The notes below the pieces were generated by a model that was given only the letters and a program-made list of their open reading frames with translations, had not been told where the DNA came from and did no database searches. A DNA stretch of 64,000 nt from Candidatus Scatovivens sp. (GTDB lineage Bacteria > Bacillota > Clostridia > TANB77 > CAG-508): assembly GCA_045646345.1 (NCBI GenBank), contig JAZRKN010000003.1, positions 2,898-66,897 on the forward strand, given 5' to 3'. A program made the position numbers and the translations under genes. This document shows, one piece after another, positions 61,424-64,000 of the stretch (its first letter is position 1; each line of letters begins with the position of its first letter).

Positions 61424-62338
61424 ATGAAAAGAGTTGTAGATAACAAAAGAGTAAAAAATAGAAAAAGAAATTCAAAATCTATTCATTCATCTTCAAATTA
61501 TTTTGAAGATTTTAAAAAAATAGATTCTTTTAGTGCGCCAAAAATAACTTCAAAAGCCAAAAGAGTACAGCCCAAATCAAAACAAACACTTTTTATTTTT
61601 ATTTTTAGAATTATTTCAGCAATAATTATTATTGCTTGTTTAATTCGTTTACTTAGTTGGTTTAAAGAAAATAATGCTAACAAAGATATTCTTACAGATA
61701 TAAAATCACAAGTATCTCTTTCCAAAGAATCTAACACGTCTCCTTCTAATTCATCAGATATACCTGAAGAAAAAGATTATTCTTTAGATTTTATGAAATT
61801 AAAAGAATTAAATTCTGATACTGTAGGATGGTTAAAAATAAACAATACAGATATTGATTTTCCTGTTGTCCAAGGAAAAAACAATGATTATTATATGACA
61901 CATAACTTTAAAAAAGAATATAATTCAGCTGGTTGGATTTTTGCAGATTATAGAAATACATTTAATGGTACTGATAAAAATACAATAATTTATGGACATA
62001 ATCGTAGAGATGGTAGTATGTTTTCGAGTTTAAATAACGTTCTAGATCAACTTTGGTATACTTCTCAAGACAATCATATAATAACTCTTCATACTCCAAC
62101 AAAAACATTATATTATCAAGTATTTGCAGCCTACTCTGTTAACGCAGAAGAATTTGATAATTCAACAAACTTCAAACTTTCAAAAGAATATCAAGATTAT
62201 TTAGATACTGCAATAAATCGTTCAGTTTATAATTTTAATGTTGAAGTTACAACTTTAGATAAAATATTAACAATCTATACTTGTGCTAATAATAATCAAT
62301 ATAGAATTATCTTACAAGGAAAATTAATTAGTGAATAA
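61424..62338 (+). CDS. Class-B-like sortase
   Basis: SD ggagg. N-terminal Lys-rich segment and a TM helix. His motif IIYGHN and Cys motif LTIYTCAN. Confidence 0.65.
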   Translation: MKRVVDNKRVKNRKRNSKSIHSSSNYFEDFKKIDSFSAPKITSKAKRVQPKSKQTLFIFIFRIISAIIIIACLIRLLSWFKENNANKDILTDIKSQVSLSKESNTSPSNSSDIPEEKDYSLDFMKLKELNSDTVGWLKINNTDIDFPVVQGKNNDYYMTHNFKKEYNSAGWIFADYRNTFNGTDKNTIIYGHNRRDGSMFSSLNNVLDQLWYTSQDNHIITLHTPTKTLYYQVFAAYSVNAEEFDNSTNFKLSKEYQDYLDTAINRSVYNFNVEVTTLDKILTIYTCANNNQYRIILQGKLISE

Positions 62339-62354
62339 AATTAATATTATAAAT

Positions 62355-62390
62355 AAATCCCCTTAATATTAAGGGGATTTATTTTATTTT
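62355..62390. terminator. Bidirectional terminator
   Basis: Stem aaatcccctt/aaggggattt. Confidence 0.7.
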
Positions 62391-63289
62391 TTCTTTTTAT
62401 TTTTCTTTGATTCTTTTTTCTCTTCCTTTAATTTTTTCTTTTGCTCTTTCTTTTCTTCTTTTGTAAGTCTTTTCTTCCAGAATTTTCTAGCTTCTATTTC
62501 TTCTTTTTTCTTAATATGTCTTTTAATTAATATTATTAGAATAATTAACGCTAATATAATTAAGATAATATAAATAATTAAATATGTAATTTTTATTGTT
62601 GTTTCTATTGATTCAAAGTCTTCTGTCGGTTTAAATTCATAATTAATATTACATTCTGAAATATTTGATGCATCTTTATTAATAGTGAAAGGATAACTTG
62701 CAACATCAATATATGTATAAGTTCCGTATTCATCAAGCATAAATTTAATTCCAGAACAATCATATCTTTCTAAATAATCTTTTAAAATTAGTTTAAATTC
62801 ATTTTTATCGTTTAAGTGTAATTTGATTTGTATATATTTTGAATTATTGTATTCTTTATAATCAATTAGTTCAGATTTACCTAAACAAAAACAATAATGT
62901 CTTAATTCAATTTCGTTGTCATCTATTTCAAATCCTGTTTCTAAAAAATATTCTATATATCCTAAATAATCATTCTTATCCATAAACTCTTTTATTTTTC
63001 TGGCAATCCTTGCCTCGATTTCAAATGGATTTTCTAAATTATTTGATACAAACTTTTCCATATTATGTCTTAAAAGCATTTCTGGTAATAAAACATATAC
63101 TTCTGTACCTCTGGTTAAATTTTCTATTTTTAAGTTTATATTCTTTTCAGGTATAGCAATTGATGGAGGATTATGATATTTACTATTAGTTGTATTTGTT
63201 GTATTTATTTCAGTTGCAAAACAAATATTTGAAAATATAATCATCATTATTAAAAACAATACGTATAAAACATTTACTTTTCTTTTCAT
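62384..63289 (-). CDS. Secreted/surface protein with a C-terminal TM helix and a poly-Lys tail
   Basis: Signal peptide. C-terminus YLIIYIILIILALIILIILIKRH followed by KKKEE…KKKK. No LPXTG-type motif was seen. Confidence 0.45.
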   Translation of the reverse strand: MKRKVNVLYVLFLIMMIIFSNICFATEINTTNTTNSKYHNPPSIAIPEKNINLKIENLTRGTEVYVLLPEMLLRHNMEKFVSNNLENPFEIEARIARKIKEFMDKNDYLGYIEYFLETGFEIDDNEIELRHYCFCLGKSELIDYKEYNNSKYIQIKLHLNDKNEFKLILKDYLERYDCSGIKFMLDEYGTYTYIDVASYPFTINKDASNISECNINYEFKPTEDFESIETTIKITYLIIYIILIILALIILIILIKRHIKKKEEIEARKFWKKRLTKEEKKEQKKKLKEEKKESKKNKKKK

Positions 63290-63426
63290 TTTATATTAAA
63301 ATCCTTTCGATTTTTGTTTAAAATTCTTTTTCTCTATATAATTATACATATTAATTTTATTTGATTTTTTATAATTCTTCAATAACAAAAAGATTTCTTT
63401 TCTACAAAAATCATATTACAAAAGAA

Positions 63427-63455
63427 AAATCCAGGCAATTTACGCCTGGATTTCC
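63427..63455 (-). terminator. Terminator
   Basis: Stem aatccaggc/gcctggatt. Confidence 0.55.
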
Positions 63456-63490
63456 ACCTCTTAAAAAACTCTTATAATGTCATCCAAATA

Positions 63491-63988
63491 TTACCAATCC
63501 CACTCCTCGTCATCATCTTCATTCGAATTGTCATTAAGCTCTCCAGAGCGTTCATTGTTGACCATTCTTTCTACTGCATATAATTCAGAACCGAATCTAA
63601 AGCTAGTATTTTCGTTCAACTTCAAAAGTTCTTTTCCAGTTTCAATCATTTTATTATCGCAGATAAACTCCGTAATACAGTATAAAGCATCTACAGCAAT
63701 TGTAGAATCAGAAAATCTACAATCAAACATTCCATAAACCACTTCAACTAGTTCTTGTAACGGAATTCTTTCAAAGAAAAGATTTGTTCCATTCGGTAAT
63801 ATATTTATGATATTAGCCCAAATCCAAGAATCAGATTTTTCTGTGGCTATATCAGTAAGTTTCTTTCTAAATTCGTCATCAACTATTCTTAAAATTTCCG
63901 GAATGCAAGCAAAGTCTTCTAAATATCCGCTTTCTTCAATTTCATCGAACAAAACTTTAGCATATTCAGGAATATAAAGAAATGACAT
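63491..63988 (-). CDS. Hypothetical acidic protein
   Basis: 165 aa. Acidic C-terminus …NSNEDDDEEWDW. Confidence 0.4.
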   Translation of the reverse strand: MSFLYIPEYAKVLFDEIEESGYLEDFACIPEILRIVDDEFRKKLTDIATEKSDSWIWANIINILPNGTNLFFERIPLQELVEVVYGMFDCRFSDSTIAVDALYCITEFICDNKMIETGKELLKLNENTSFRFGSELYAVERMVNNERSGELNDNSNEDDDEEWDW

Positions 63989-64000
63989 AATCCATAATTG

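Noticed and set aside
62384-63289. Sortase substrate signal (LPXTG/NPQTN) in the surface protein convergent with the sortase gene
   Set aside because: The C-terminal TM helix and positively charged tail are present, but no recognisable pentapeptide sorting motif precedes them.
1-64000. CRISPR arrays, tRNA/rRNA genes, transposases or integrases
   Set aside because: I saw no short regularly spaced direct repeats, no GC-rich cloverleaf-sized islands, and no transposase or integrase-like ORF. The repeats present are long intergenic repeats of 150-230 nt.

Overview
This window is an AT-rich Firmicute chromosome segment. I did not compute GC content; by eye it is roughly high 20s percent, with a few genes noticeably richer. 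The organism looks like a Clostridia-class endospore former, because it carries yabP-yabQ-divIC, a rex-adhE pair, luxS and a cpsB/C/D-like tyrosine-kinase module. Most genes lie on the minus strand. Recognisable housekeeping genes are rho, aspartate kinase, secA, prfB (with no programmed frameshift), murD, cmk, uvrA, uvrB, adhE, rex, two half-size ABC exporter genes, a HAD hydrolase, an AI-2E transporter, a CofE-like ligase and a class-B sortase. I saw no tRNA, rRNA, CRISPR array or transposase. Several accessory or unusual blocks stand out:
(1) A tight four-gene minus-strand operon (7137-10407) with SD-preceded and partly overlapping genes. It encodes a DarT/DUF4433-like protein, a 170-aa unknown, a Qnr/McbG-type pentapeptide-repeat protein, and a 437-aa protein whose C-terminus carries an R-S-E (YRG...STS...QxE) mono-ADP-ribosyltransferase signature. 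A roughly 155-nt direct-repeat family flanks the neighbouring SAM-methyltransferase cassette beside it.
(2) A roughly 230-nt repeat family in two copies plus one truncated copy brackets a GC-richer zinc-ribbon gene and luxS. It sits beside a 1.4-kb gene-free, >80% AT region.
(3) A terminator-bounded six-gene operon (46899-53604) encodes a BspA-type LRR protein, a class-3 lipase, a 604-aa HD-domain fusion protein and unknowns. It lies downstream of an adhE-kinase-HD-HD unit.
(4) Single-gene insertions split the usually adjacent secA-prfB and uvrB-uvrA pairs.
(5) Three paralogous polytopic membrane proteins resemble GT-C glycosyltransferases.
(6) Two unannotated small ORFs have strong SDs and their own terminators: a 43-aa Cys-rich peptide and a 29-aa Asn-rich peptide.
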